Shown: positions 39,120 to 48,841 of the stretch, one piece after another | Position numbering within the stretch: the stretch's first letter is position 1 | Layout of the letters: each line of letters opens with the position of its first letter | The notes under the pieces: generated by a model | Database searches by the model: none | What the model saw: the letters and a program-made list of their open reading frames with translations, nothing else | Told to the model about the DNA's origin: nothing | NCBI GenBank assembly: GCA_965216755.1 | Contig: CBDCGL010000011.1 | Location: 2,272,001 to 2,336,000 of the forward strand | From: Alphaproteobacteria bacterium | Lineage (GTDB): Bacteria > Pseudomonadota > Alphaproteobacteria > UBA7887 | DNA length: 64,000 nt | Reading direction: 5' to 3' | Program-made: the position numbers and the translations under genes

Positions 39120-41480
39120 ATGACCGAGCATGGAGTCGGCGCGCGGGTCGCGCGCAAAGAAGATCGGCGGTTCTTGCGTGGCGCGGGCCGCTATGTGGAC
39201 GACATTAATCGGCCGGGCCAAGCCCATGCCTGGATTGTCCGCTCGCCACACGCGCACGCCACACTGAACGGAATCGACACCGCCGCCGCCAAAGTGGCGC
39301 CCGGGGTGATGGCTGTCTTCACCGGCGACGACCTGGCGGCTGCGGGCGTTGGTGGCCTGCCTTGCGGATGGCAAATCCACAGCAAAGACGGCGCCCCAAT
39401 GGCCGAGCCGGCGCACCCGGTGTTGGCCCAAGGCAAGGTCCGCCATGTCGGCGATCCGGTCGCGGTGGTGATCGCGGAAACGCGCTCGCAAGCCCGCGAC
39501 GCAGCCGAGCAGGTCGCGGTCGACTATGGTCCACTGCCGGGCGCGGTCAACACCGCCACGGCGTTCGCCGATGGCCAACCGCAGGTGCACGACGAAGCCG
39601 CCAACAACACTTGCTACGACTGGGAATTCGGCGACAAAGCGGCCACCGATGCCGCCTTCGCCAATGCCCACAAGGTCGCCAAACTCGACTTGATCAATCA
39701 ACGTTTGGTGCCCAACGCCATCGAACCGCGGGCTGCAATTGGCGAATACGACAGCGCCGACGATCGCTATACCCTCTATACCACCAGCCAAAACCCACAC
39801 GTGATCCGGCTTCTCATGTGTACGGCGGTGCTGGGCCTGCCGGAAACCAAAGTACGCGTCGTATCGCCGGACGTCGGCGGCGGGTTTGGTTCGAAGATCT
39901 ATCACTATGCCGAAGAAGCGATCGTCACCTGGGCAACGCGCCAAATCGGCCGGCCGGTGAAATGGACCGCGGATCGCACCGAGTCATTTATTAGCGATGC
40001 ACAAGGCCGCGACCACGTGACCCATGCGGAAATGGCCCTCGACGCCGAGGGAAAGTTTCTCGGCATGCGGGTCTCCACGGTGGCCAATCTCGGCGCCTAT
40101 TTGTCGACCTTCTCGTCGGCGATCCCGACCTATTTCCACGCGCCGCTGTTGGCCGGAGTCTATACCACGCCGGCGATCTATATCGAAGTTCGCGGTGTGT
40201 TCACGCACACGGTCCCGGTGGACGCGTATCGTGGCGCTGGCCGGCCGGAGGCCTGCTATCTGATCGAACGCATGGCCGATGTGGCCGCGCGGGAAATGGG
40301 CCTCAGCCCAGCCGAAATCCGTCGCCGCAATATGATCCAAGAGTCCCAACAGCCCTACGCCACGCCGATCGCCATGGTCTATGACGGCGGCGACTACGGG
40401 AAGAACATGGCCGATGCGCTGAAGGCCGCCGATGCGGACGGTTTGGCGGCCCGCAAAACGGCATCCGAAGCAGCCGGCAAGCTGCGAGGGCTCGGCCTGG
40501 CCTGTTATATCGAAGCCTGTGGCGCGGCCCCTTCGGCCGTCGCCGGCCAATTGGGCGCGCGCGCCGGCCTATATGAGATGGCGACCGTGCGGGTCAACCC
40601 CAGCGGCTCGATATCGGTGATCACCGGCACCCACAGCCATGGTCAAGGCCACGAAACCACTTTTGCCCAACTCGTCGCCGATCGCCTGTCGGTTCCCTTG
40701 GAGCAGATCGAAGTCGTCCATGGCGATACCGACAAAATCCCGTTCGGCATGGGCACATATGGGTCGCGCTCGCTGCCGGTGGGCGGCACCGCCCTGGTCA
40801 ATTCGATCGACAAAGTGATCGAAAAGGGCAAGAAGATCGCGGCGCATATTTTGGAAGCGGCGGCCGAAGATATCGAGTTTTCCCAGGGTAGTTTTGCCGT
40901 CAAGGGCACCGATCGCGCGCTAGCATTTGCCGAGGTCGCAGGCGCCGCCTACGTGCCACACAACTATCCGCTTGAAACGCTTGAACCGGGCTTGGAGGAG
41001 ACATCCTATTTCGATCCGCCGAATTTCACCTTCCCAAGTGGATGCTATGTGTGCGAGGTCGAAATCGACAAGGCAACGGGCGCGGTCTCGATCGACCGAT
41101 TTACGGCCGTCGATGATTTCGGCGTTGTCATCAACCCGACCATTGTCGAAGGCCAAGTGCATGGCGGCTTGGTGCAGGGCATCGGGCAAGCCTTGTACGA
41201 ACATTGCGTCTACGACGATAGCGGACAGTTGATCAGCGGTAGCTACATGGACTACTGCATGCCGAAGGCCGATGGCGTGCCAAGTTTCGCGGTCAGCACC
41301 AATGTCTCGCCCAGCCCAACCAATCCGTTGGGTGTGCGCGGTTGCGGCGAGGCTGGCGCGATCGGCGCGCCACCCGCCGTGATCAACGCCATTGTCGACG
41401 CGCTCAGCGCGTATGGCGTCAGCCATATCGATATGCCAGCGACCCCGGAAAAAATCTGGCGCTTGATTCAAGCGGCTTAA
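39120..41480 (+). CDS. coxL: Xanthine dehydrogenase-family molybdopterin large subunit (form II CoxL-like)
   Basis: [18 protein letters not shown] (form II motif, not AYxCSFR), HGQGHET, GCGEAG. Confidence 0.9.
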   Translation: MTEHGVGARVARKEDRRFLRGAGRYVDDINRPGQAHAWIVRSPHAHATLNGIDTAAAKVAPGVMAVFTGDDLAAAGVGGLPCGWQIHSKDGAPMAEPAHPVLAQGKVRHVGDPVAVVIAETRSQARDAAEQVAVDYGPLPGAVNTATAFADGQPQVHDEAANNTCYDWEFGDKAATDAAFANAHKVAKLDLINQRLVPNAIEPRAAIGEYDSADDRYTLYTTSQNPHVIRLLMCTAVLGLPETKVRVVSPDVGGGFGSKIYHYAEEAIVTWATRQIGRPVKWTADRTESFISDAQGRDHVTHAEMALDAEGKFLGMRVSTVANLGAYLSTFSSAIPTYFHAPLLAGVYTTPAIYIEVRGVFTHTVPVDAYRGAGRPEACYLIERMADVAAREMGLSPAEIRRRNMIQESQQPYATPIAMVYDGGDYGKNMADALKAADADGLAARKTASEAAGKLRGLGLACYIEACGAAPSAVAGQLGARAGLYEMATVRVNPSGSISVITGTHSHGQGHETTFAQLVADRLSVPLEQIEVVHGDTDKIPFGMGTYGSRSLPVGGTALVNSIDKVIEKGKKIAAHILEAAAEDIEFSQGSFAVKGTDRALAFAEVAGAAYVPHNYPLETLEPGLEETSYFDPPNFTFPSGCYVCEVEIDKATGAVSIDRFTAVDDFGVVINPTIVEGQVHGGLVQGIGQALYEHCVYDDSGQLISGSYMDYCMPKADGVPSFAVSTNVSPSPTNPLGVRGCGEAGAIGAPPAVINAIVDALSAYGVSHIDMPATPEKIWRLIQAA

Positions 41481-41496
41481 GATCGGAGGCAGAACA

Positions 41497-42291
41497 ATGT
41501 ATCCCTTTACCTACCATCGCCCAGATTCGTCGGCCGCCGCGCAAAGCCTGTTTCGGGGCGCCGATGATCCGAAGTTTCTTGCCGGCGGCATGACTTTGAT
41601 CCCGACCATGAAACAACGGCTTGCGGCGCCGAGCGATCTGATCGATCTGGCCGGCATCGGCGACCTCGCCGGAATCACGGCCGATGGCGACACCGTCGTG
41701 ATCGGCGCCATGACCACGCATGCCGCCGTTGCCGCCAATGCCACCGTCAACGAGAAGATCCCCGCCCTGGCCGCGCTGGCCGGGGATATTGGCGATCCGC
41801 ATGTGCGCAATTGCGGCACCATCGGCGGGTCGATTGCCAACAATGACCCAGCGGCCGACTATCCCGCGGCCGTACTCGGCCTTAGCGCCACTGTGGTCAC
41901 CGATCAGCGTGAAATCGCCGCCGATGATTTCTTTACGGGCATGTTCGAAACCGCTTTGGGCGACAATGAACTGATCACCGCTGTACGGTTTCCCAAGCCG
42001 CAGGCCGCCTGTTACGTCAAGTTCCCAAATCCAGCATCGCGTTACGCGATTGCTGGCGTCATGGTCGCGCGCACCGACAGCGGTGTGCGCGTCGCGGTGA
42101 CCGGTGCCGCGCCTTGTGTGCATCGCGCGACAGCGTTGGAAGACGCACTCAGCGGGTCGTTTTCCGCCGACGCTGTCGAAGGTATCACGATACCAGCCGA
42201 CGACCTGAACAGCGATATTCACGCAAGCGCGGAATATCGCGCGCATCTGGTTGGCGTGATGGCGCGCCGTGCCGTCGCAGGATGCGGTTGA
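41497..42291 (+). CDS. coxM: FAD-binding medium subunit
   Basis: FLAGGMTLIP.MKQRLA.P, VRNCGTIGGSIANNDP. Confidence 0.92.
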   Translation: MYPFTYHRPDSSAAAQSLFRGADDPKFLAGGMTLIPTMKQRLAAPSDLIDLAGIGDLAGITADGDTVVIGAMTTHAAVAANATVNEKIPALAALAGDIGDPHVRNCGTIGGSIANNDPAADYPAAVLGLSATVVTDQREIAADDFFTGMFETALGDNELITAVRFPKPQAACYVKFPNPASRYAIAGVMVARTDSGVRVAVTGAAPCVHRATALEDALSGSFSADAVEGITIPADDLNSDIHASAEYRAHLVGVMARRAVAGCG

Positions 42292-42315
42292 CCGGGCTGA
42301 GTCGGTTACCAAGGC

Positions 42316-42348
42316 GAAAGGGTGGCGTCACGCCGCCCTTTCTTTTTT
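42316..42348 (+). terminator. Intrinsic terminator after coxM
   Basis: GAAAGGGTGGCG-TCA-CGCCGCCCTTTC followed by TTTTTT. Confidence 0.8.
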
Positions 42349-42399
42349 CGGCAACGTCGTACGCTTTGTGAAAAAACCGTTTGCCGCTAAGTTCCGTTC

Positions 42400-43338
42400 A
42401 TGACTCGTTTGCCCGATTCCATTGATGCCACGGTCGATCTACTCGCCCGCGGTGATTATGTCGCCGATCGCAGTTTGGCGACGACCATTTATTTGGCTCT
42501 GACCATGGGCCGGCCGTTGTTCCTCGAAGGCGAAGCCGGGGTTGGCAAAACAGAGATTGCCAAGGTTTTGAGCACCGCTTTGAACCGTCGGCTGGTGCGC
42601 CTGCAATGCTACGAAGGCTTGGACGTGGCAAGCGCGGTATACGAATGGAACTACGCCACCCAAATGATCGAAATACAGGCCGCCAAAGCCGAAGGAATCG
42701 AGGATCGCGAACGGCTTGTTGACGATGTGTTTTCCGAAAGGTTCCTGATCAAGCGGCCAATCCTGCGCGCGCTGGAGCACGACGCGAGCGGCGCCCCACC
42801 GGTCTTGCTGATTGACGAATTGGACCGCACCGACGAGCCGTTCGAGGCATATCTGTTGGAGGTCTTATCCGACTTTCAGGTCACGATCCCGGAAATCGGC
42901 ACGATCGCGGCACCGAAGCCGCCGGTGGTGATTATCACGTCGAACCGCACGCGCGAGATTCATGACGCGCTGAAGCGGCGCTGTCTCTATTACTGGATCG
43001 ACTATCCCGACGCCGCGCGCGAACAAAAGATCCTTTCGATCAAGGTGCCCGGCGCGGCCGAAAGACTTTCGGCCGAAGTTGTCGCATTTGTGCAGGCGTT
43101 GCGCGGGCAGGATTTGTTCAAGGCCCCGGGCATTGCCGAAACGATCGATTGGGCGAGCGCCCTTATGCAGCTCGACAAGATCACGCTGGACAACGAATCC
43201 GTCGACAGCACCCTCGGCGTACTCCTGAAATATCAAGACGACATTGCGCGGATCCAGGGCTCGGAGGCGGCCGGCATTTTGGCCGAGATCAAGTCAGACC
43301 TCGAAGCGCAGGCGGTCGTCGGCGCCGACCATGGATGA
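42400..43338 (+). CDS. coxD: MoxR-type AAA+ ATPase
   Basis: GEAGVGKT, RLQCYEG, LLIDELDR, TSNRTREIHDALKRRC. Confidence 0.9.
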   Translation: MTRLPDSIDATVDLLARGDYVADRSLATTIYLALTMGRPLFLEGEAGVGKTEIAKVLSTALNRRLVRLQCYEGLDVASAVYEWNYATQMIEIQAAKAEGIEDRERLVDDVFSERFLIKRPILRALEHDASGAPPVLLIDELDRTDEPFEAYLLEVLSDFQVTIPEIGTIAAPKPPVVIITSNRTREIHDALKRRCLYYWIDYPDAAREQKILSIKVPGAAERLSAEVVAFVQALRGQDLFKAPGIAETIDWASALMQLDKITLDNESVDSTLGVLLKYQDDIARIQGSEAAGILAEIKSDLEAQAVVGADHG

Positions 43339-44542
43339 AACACCGCCCGCCGGCATGCTGGCGGCGAATATCATGCATTTCGGGCGCGTGCTGCGCGCCG
43401 CGGGGTTGCCCATCGGCAGCGGCCATATCATCCAGGCCTTGCGCGCCGTTGAAATTGCCGGCGTGCGACGCCGGGATGATGTCTATGCCGCCCTCCGCGC
43501 CGTCTTGATCCATCGCCGCGATCAGCGCGAGCTGTTCGATCAGGCATTTACCGCGTTCTGGCGCAACCCGCGCATACTCGAACGACTCATCGGCATGCTG
43601 CTGCAAGAGATGGGGGTCCCCGGTGCCGAACCCAGCGGAACAGAGGTCGGCCGGCGGCTCGCTGACGCGCTCGCCCAGGGTCGTGGCGGCACGGAACAAC
43701 AAGAGGAGGTCATCGAACTTGATGCCGCGCTGACCGCTTCGGATCGCGATGTCCTGCAAAAGCGCGATTTCGAGACCATGACAGCGGCGGAGGTCGCCGC
43801 CGCCAAAGGCGCGATCGATCGACTGGCCTTGCCCTTGGCGACAGTGCCAACCCGACGAATGGCCCCCGCAGCGGCCGGCGCCCGCGTCGATATGCGGGCA
43901 ACCCTGCGCGCGACCCTGCGCGCCGGCGGCGATGTCATTCCCTTGCGCCACCGCAAGCGTCGCGTGCGGCCGCCGCCGCTGGTCGTGCTGTGCGATATCT
44001 CCGGATCGATGGGCCGATATTCGCGTATGCTGCTGCACTTCGCACACGCCCTGACCAACGATCGCGACCGGGTCCATAGCTTTGTGTTTGGGACGCGGCT
44101 GACGAACATCACCCGCCAACTGCGCAATAAGGATGTCGATGTTGCGCTCGACGCGGTGGTCGATGCCGTCGACGACTGGTCGGGCGGTACCCGCATCGGC
44201 GCTTGTTTGCGCGCCTTCAACCAAGATTGGTCGCGGCGTGTGTTGGGCCAGGGCGCTGTGGTACTATTGATTTCGGATGGCCTGGATCGCGAAGCGGGCG
44301 ACGGGCTGGCCGCGGAAATGGATCGCTTGCATCGATCTGCGCGCCGTTTGATTTGGCTCAACCCGTTATTGCGCTATGAAGGGTTCGCGCCGAAATCCCT
44401 CGGAATCCGGGCCATGTTGCCGCATGTTGACGAATTTCGGCCGATCCACAATCTGGATAGCATCGCCGCGCTCGCTGAGGCCCTGAGCGGGACCGGCGAC
44501 AAGGGCAATGTGCTGCACGAAATGAGGCACCATGATGGATAA
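43331..44542 (+). CDS. coxE: VWA domain protein
   Basis: LCDISGSMGRYSR, WSGGTRIG, ISDGLDR, IWLNPL. Confidence 0.9.
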   Translation: MDETPPAGMLAANIMHFGRVLRAAGLPIGSGHIIQALRAVEIAGVRRRDDVYAALRAVLIHRRDQRELFDQAFTAFWRNPRILERLIGMLLQEMGVPGAEPSGTEVGRRLADALAQGRGGTEQQEEVIELDAALTASDRDVLQKRDFETMTAAEVAAAKGAIDRLALPLATVPTRRMAPAAAGARVDMRATLRATLRAGGDVIPLRHRKRRVRPPPLVVLCDISGSMGRYSRMLLHFAHALTNDRDRVHSFVFGTRLTNITRQLRNKDVDVALDAVVDAVDDWSGGTRIGACLRAFNQDWSRRVLGQGAVVLLISDGLDREAGDGLAAEMDRLHRSARRLIWLNPLLRYEGFAPKSLGIRAMLPHVDEFRPIHNLDSIAALAEALSGTGDKGNVLHEMRHHDG

Positions 44543-44855
44543 GAGCGAAGACATTCTGGGCACTGCCGCCGCGTGGCGCGAAGAAGGCCGTGACGTGGCC
44601 CTCGCCACCGTCGTTTCCACTTGGGGTTCGAGCCCACGCCCGGCCGGTAGCCAACTGGTGGTCGATGATCAGGGCGGAATGGTCGGCTCGGTCTCTGGCG
44701 GCTGCATCGAAGGCGCGGTGGTTTTGGAAGCACAGGCGGCTATCGAGGATGGCGAACCACGCTTGTTGACTTTCGGCGTCAGCAACGAGCAAGCCTGGGA
44801 AGTCGGTCTTGCCTGCGGCGGCACGGTCCAAGTATTTGTCGAAAAGGTTGGCTGA
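44532..44855 (+). CDS. XdhC/CoxF family, N-terminal domain protein
   Basis: TWGSSPRPAGS, GSVSGGCIEG, GLACGG. Confidence 0.88.
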   Translation: MMDKSEDILGTAAAWREEGRDVALATVVSTWGSSPRPAGSQLVVDDQGGMVGSVSGGCIEGAVVLEAQAAIEDGEPRLLTFGVSNEQAWEVGLACGGTVQVFVEKVG

Positions 44856-44858
44856 GCC

Positions 44859-45578
44859 GTGAAACAAGAAACGCTAGACGCCTTGAACGCGGCGCGTGCC
44901 GCCCTGCAGCCAATCGCGCTCGCCACGCGACTCGAAGACGGCGCCCAATGGTTGATCGTGCCCGACCAAGCCACGACCGACGCGCCAACGGAGATTGTAG
45001 AGGCGGCGCAGGTTGCCCTGTTCGACGACCAAAGCCGGACAGTCGAAACTGACCTGGGCGCGGTGTTTCTGCAGGTACACAATCCGCCGCTGCGCATGGC
45101 AATCATCGGCGCCGTGCATATCGCCCAAGCCCTGGCACCCATGGCGACGCGTGCCGGCTTTGCTGTCACGGTTATTGATCCACGCGGCGCGTTCGCTACC
45201 GAAGACCGTTTCCCGGGCGTGATCATTTCCGATGAGTGGCCCGACGACGCCATGACGGCCTTGGCGCCCGACCGACGCACGGCCGTTGTCACTTTGACCC
45301 ACGATCCGAAGTTGGACGACCCGGCGCTCGATGTCGCACTCAAGTCCGAGGCCTTCTATGTTGGCAGCTTGGGCAGTAAGAAGACGCACGCGGCACGTCG
45401 CCAGCGCCTGCGCGACATGGGCTTCGACGACACCGTCATCGACCGCATACGTGGCCCTATCGGTTTGTCGATCGGCGCCAAATCGCCGGCGGAGATCGCG
45501 GTGTCAATTTTGGCACAGATTATCGAGGCCCGGCGCAATCCACCCAATTCGGCAACCGCGACGGACCGGGCGGCGTGA
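44859..45578 (+). CDS. XdhC/CoxF family, C-terminal Rossmann domain protein
   Basis: IIGAVHIAQAL, LTHDPKLDD, YVGSLGSKKT, PAEIAVSI. Confidence 0.88.
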   Translation: MKQETLDALNAARAALQPIALATRLEDGAQWLIVPDQATTDAPTEIVEAAQVALFDDQSRTVETDLGAVFLQVHNPPLRMAIIGAVHIAQALAPMATRAGFAVTVIDPRGAFATEDRFPGVIISDEWPDDAMTALAPDRRTAVVTLTHDPKLDDPALDVALKSEAFYVGSLGSKKTHAARRQRLRDMGFDDTVIDRIRGPIGLSIGAKSPAEIAVSILAQIIEARRNPPNSATATDRAA

Positions 45579-47221
45579 AATTCGGCCCGATCTCTGTTGC
45601 CGATGCCGAAGGCGCAATTCTGGCGCATAGCGTGCGTACCGATCAGCGTGTTCTCAAGAAAGGGCTGGTGCTTGATTCAGCCGCTCTTTCGGCGCTGCGC
45701 GACGCCGGCATTCAGTCGATCGTGGCGGCGCGGCTGGAAACCGATGACGTGCCTGAGGATGACGCAGCCGCCGCCATCGGCGCGGCCGCTCTGGGTGACA
45801 ATGCGACCCTGACCGCACCATTTACGGGTCGCTGCAACATCGTTGCCGCCAGCCACGGCATCGCGCAAATCGATGAGGCCCGGTTGGGCCAGATCAACCG
45901 ACTGGATGAAGCGCTCACCATCGCAACTGTGCCCCGTTTTGCCGTGGTGGCGCCGCGTCAGTTGGTGGCGACGGTCAAGATTATCCCCTTTGCCGCGCCC
46001 CGCGCGGTCGTCAGCGAGGCGGAAAAGATCGCGGCTTCCGGCGGCCCCCTCGTCCGCGTGGCGCCATTTCGCGAACTGACCGGCTGCCTTATCTTGTCGC
46101 GGCTGCCCGGCACGAAAGAATCGATTCTCGACAACACGGTCAAGACCGTGCGCGCGCGCCTGCGCGCCGTCGACGGCCGCTTGGTCGGCGAAGATCGGGT
46201 TGACCATGACATATCGGCCATCGCGGGTGCGGTCAGCCGCGCGCTGGACGGCGGCTGCGATTTGCTCTTCATCAGTGGCGCGTCCGCGATCGTCGACCGG
46301 CGCGATATTGTCCCCGCCGCCATCGAGGCCAGCGGCGGTATGATCGACCATTTCGGCATGCCCGTCGACCCCGGCAACTTGCTGCTGTTGGGTCATATGG
46401 ACAGGGCAGGCGAACGCGTGCCGGTGATCGGTTTGCCTGGATGCGCGCGCTCCCCCAAACTCAATGGCTTCGACTGGGTGTTGGAGCGCCTCGCTGCAGG
46501 GCTGACCGTAACGCGCGACGATATTATGGCCATGGGCGCGGGGGGCCTGCTGAAGGAAATTCCGTCGCGGCCACAGCCGCGGACCGGTGCCGAAATACGC
46601 CACGGGCGCGACACAGGGGGCAGCATGGCGCCACGAATTGCGGCCATCGTTCTGGCCGCCGGCCGGTCGCGGCGCATGGGACCAACCAACAAGCTGCTGG
46701 CCAAGGTTGACGGCGTCGCGATGGTTCGGCATGCGGTCGACGCGGCCTGCGCGGCCGGCGCCGCACCCATTGTCGTGGTCACCGGACATGAAGCGGATGC
46801 AGTCCGTGCGGCTCTGGCCGGAACCGATGTTGTTTATGTGCACAACCCCGATTACACCGACGGTTTGAGTGGTAGTTTGCGCCATGGTGTCGGTGCACTG
46901 AACGAGCATTGCGACGGAGCGGTGGTTTGTCTCGGTGACATGCCGCGCATCGGTGCCGACCATATCCGGCGACTGATCGCCGCGTTCGATCCGATCGAAG
47001 GGCGCGCGATCTGCGTGCCCGTGCACCGGGGTAAGCGCGGCAATCCGGTGCTGTGGGCGGCCCGCTTCTTGACCGAAATGACCGCTGTCGCCGGCGATGT
47101 CGGCGCCAAGCATTTGATCGGTGAACATGCGGAATTGGTGTGTGAAGTACCGTTCGACGATGACGCGGTGCTGCTGGATGTCGATACACCTGACGTGTTG
47201 GCGGCGGTACGCAAGTCTTAG
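45575..47221 (+). CDS. Molybdopterin-binding (MoeA/MogA-like) plus MocA-like nucleotidyltransferase fusion
   Basis: FGMPVDPGNLL..GLPGCARSP in the N-terminal half; VLAAGRSRRMG.NKLL, LGDMP, RGNPV, DVDT in the C-terminal half. Confidence 0.87.
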   Translation: MKFGPISVADAEGAILAHSVRTDQRVLKKGLVLDSAALSALRDAGIQSIVAARLETDDVPEDDAAAAIGAAALGDNATLTAPFTGRCNIVAASHGIAQIDEARLGQINRLDEALTIATVPRFAVVAPRQLVATVKIIPFAAPRAVVSEAEKIAASGGPLVRVAPFRELTGCLILSRLPGTKESILDNTVKTVRARLRAVDGRLVGEDRVDHDISAIAGAVSRALDGGCDLLFISGASAIVDRRDIVPAAIEASGGMIDHFGMPVDPGNLLLLGHMDRAGERVPVIGLPGCARSPKLNGFDWVLERLAAGLTVTRDDIMAMGAGGLLKEIPSRPQPRTGAEIRHGRDTGGSMAPRIAAIVLAAGRSRRMGPTNKLLAKVDGVAMVRHAVDAACAAGAAPIVVVTGHEADAVRAALAGTDVVYVHNPDYTDGLSGSLRHGVGALNEHCDGAVVCLGDMPRIGADHIRRLIAAFDPIEGRAICVPVHRGKRGNPVLWAARFLTEMTAVAGDVGAKHLIGEHAELVCEVPFDDDAVLLDVDTPDVLAAVRKS

Positions 47222-47242
47222 CGGGTCTCGGACAAAGGCGGT

Positions 47243-47668
47243 ATGAACGACGGTCTCTATCAAAAATCTATCATGGATTTGGCGCGCGACACGACGACCG
47301 CCGGCAACCTTGATGAGGCCGATGCAACGGCAACTGTTCACAATCCGCTGTGCGGCGATCGCGTCACCATCGCGCTGCGCATACAGGACGGCACAGTGGC
47401 GGCGGTGCGGCACCGGGTCAAAGGCTGTGCTCTGTGCCAAGCGGCGGCAGCGACGGTCGGCCGCCACGCCCCGGGTGCGACCGTCGAGAATCTGCGCGAT
47501 GTGAGCGCGGCGACGGAAGCGATGCTCAAACACGGCAGCGCGCCAAACAGCGTATGGCCCGACATCGAGGCCTTCCAGCCGGTCGCCGCCCATAGGTCCC
47601 GTCACGAATGCGTCATGTTGCCGTTCCGCGCCCTGCTCAAAGCTGTTGACAGCCTAACCGTCTCGTAG
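47243..47668 (+). CDS. SufU/NifU-N-like Fe-S scaffold or sulfur-transfer protein
   Basis: NPLCGD, GCALCQA, RHECVMLP. Confidence 0.85.
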   Translation: MNDGLYQKSIMDLARDTTTAGNLDEADATATVHNPLCGDRVTIALRIQDGTVAAVRHRVKGCALCQAAAATVGRHAPGATVENLRDVSAATEAMLKHGSAPNSVWPDIEAFQPVAAHRSRHECVMLPFRALLKAVDSLTVS

Positions 47669-47730
47669 GGCGCGCCTCGCCTGTGCGATAGTGTTCGACG
47701 TTGCGACGCTTACGGTAGGGAGTCCGCGCC

Positions 47731-48726
47731 ATGTCAGACGCTCAATTGCCGTGGCGGCCGGGAGATCCGGTCGCCGAACCGACCCAAGACATCGACGCCG
47801 CCAAAGCCGACATGAAACGGTTTGGCTATTGCGTGCTGGCCCATGCCTTGGATCCGGCGACGTTGGCCGAGGCCCGCGACCGCCTGGTTTCACAGGCCGA
47901 AGCCGAACGACGCGCAGGCATCGCCTTTGCCGATCAAGGCCCCAATCAGCCACCCAAGCGCGACTATGGCCTACTCGGTGCCGATGTTTTCACGGAAGCC
48001 GGCGGCGGCGTCAACCAGCGGGTCTGGATGTTGGTCAACAAGGGCCGCGTGTTCCGTGACTTGGTCACCCACCCCCTGACCACACCCATCATCGAGGCCG
48101 TCTTGGGCCCGGATTTCCTCCTGTCGACCCTTTCGGCGAACATCGCCAAGCCCGGCGGCACGTTGATGGGGCTGCATACTGATCAATGGTGGATGCCACG
48201 ACCGCTGCCCCGTCACGAACCACCGGTCCGCGCCGGCGCTATCAGACGTGGTGAGTATTATGGCCGCGACGACGGCGATCCACAGCGCGCGATCAATCCG
48301 CCTGTCTGCTGCAACGTGATGTTCTGCCTCAACGACTTCACCGAGGCCAATGGTGCCACCCGCCTGGTGCCAAACAGCCATTTGACGGGCTTGCAGCCGC
48401 CGCCCGACGTGCCGCACGTCGTGCCGTCAATTGCCGCCGAAGCGCCGGCGGGCACGGCGATCGTCTTCGAGGGCCGCACATGGCACGGCACTGGGGCCAA
48501 TCGCGCCAACGGGCCGCGCCTGGGTGTGCTCGCCACCTATTGCGCGCCGCAGTTTCGCACTCAGGAAAACTACACACTGGGCGTCGATCCGGCGGCCCTC
48601 GACGGCGCCTCCGATGCACTGCTGGCACGGCTGGGTTTCAAGATCTGGAATGCCTACGGTCGCACCGGTGATCCGAACCGGGAATTTGTCTATCCACCGG
48701 CAGCGCCCGTCGGCGAAATGGAATGA
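47731..48726 (+). CDS. Phytanoyl-CoA dioxygenase (PhyH) family protein
   Basis: LHTDQ, DFTEANGATRLVPNSH, WHGTGAN, RTQEN. Confidence 0.88.
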   Translation: MSDAQLPWRPGDPVAEPTQDIDAAKADMKRFGYCVLAHALDPATLAEARDRLVSQAEAERRAGIAFADQGPNQPPKRDYGLLGADVFTEAGGGVNQRVWMLVNKGRVFRDLVTHPLTTPIIEAVLGPDFLLSTLSANIAKPGGTLMGLHTDQWWMPRPLPRHEPPVRAGAIRRGEYYGRDDGDPQRAINPPVCCNVMFCLNDFTEANGATRLVPNSHLTGLQPPPDVPHVVPSIAAEAPAGTAIVFEGRTWHGTGANRANGPRLGVLATYCAPQFRTQENYTLGVDPAALDGASDALLARLGFKIWNAYGRTGDPNREFVYPPAAPVGEME

Positions 48727-48735
48727 TTTTCGGTA

Positions 48736-48828
48736 ATTTCCGTGACAGTTTACTAAATACGCAACATATTGCGAGGTAATATCCCTGAGATACGATATTT
48801 TGTGTATTTAGTAAACTGTCACGGAAAT
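48736..48828. repeat. AT-rich REP-doublet/MITE-like palindrome, copy 2
   Basis: Perfect 25-bp inverted repeat ATTTCCGTGACAGTTTACTAAATAC / GTATTTAGTAAACTGTCACGGAAAT; lies between convergent genes. Confidence 0.88.
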
Positions 48829-48841
48829 AGACGGATGGGCG

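Noticed and set aside
39120-41480. Bona fide (form I) aerobic CO dehydrogenase
   Set aside because: The active-site loop is AYRGAGR rather than AYxCSFR, and the gene order is S-L-M rather than M-S-L
45677-47605. 642-aa minus-strand ORF
   Set aside because: Antisense shadow of the Mo-binding/MocA fusion and sufU-like genes
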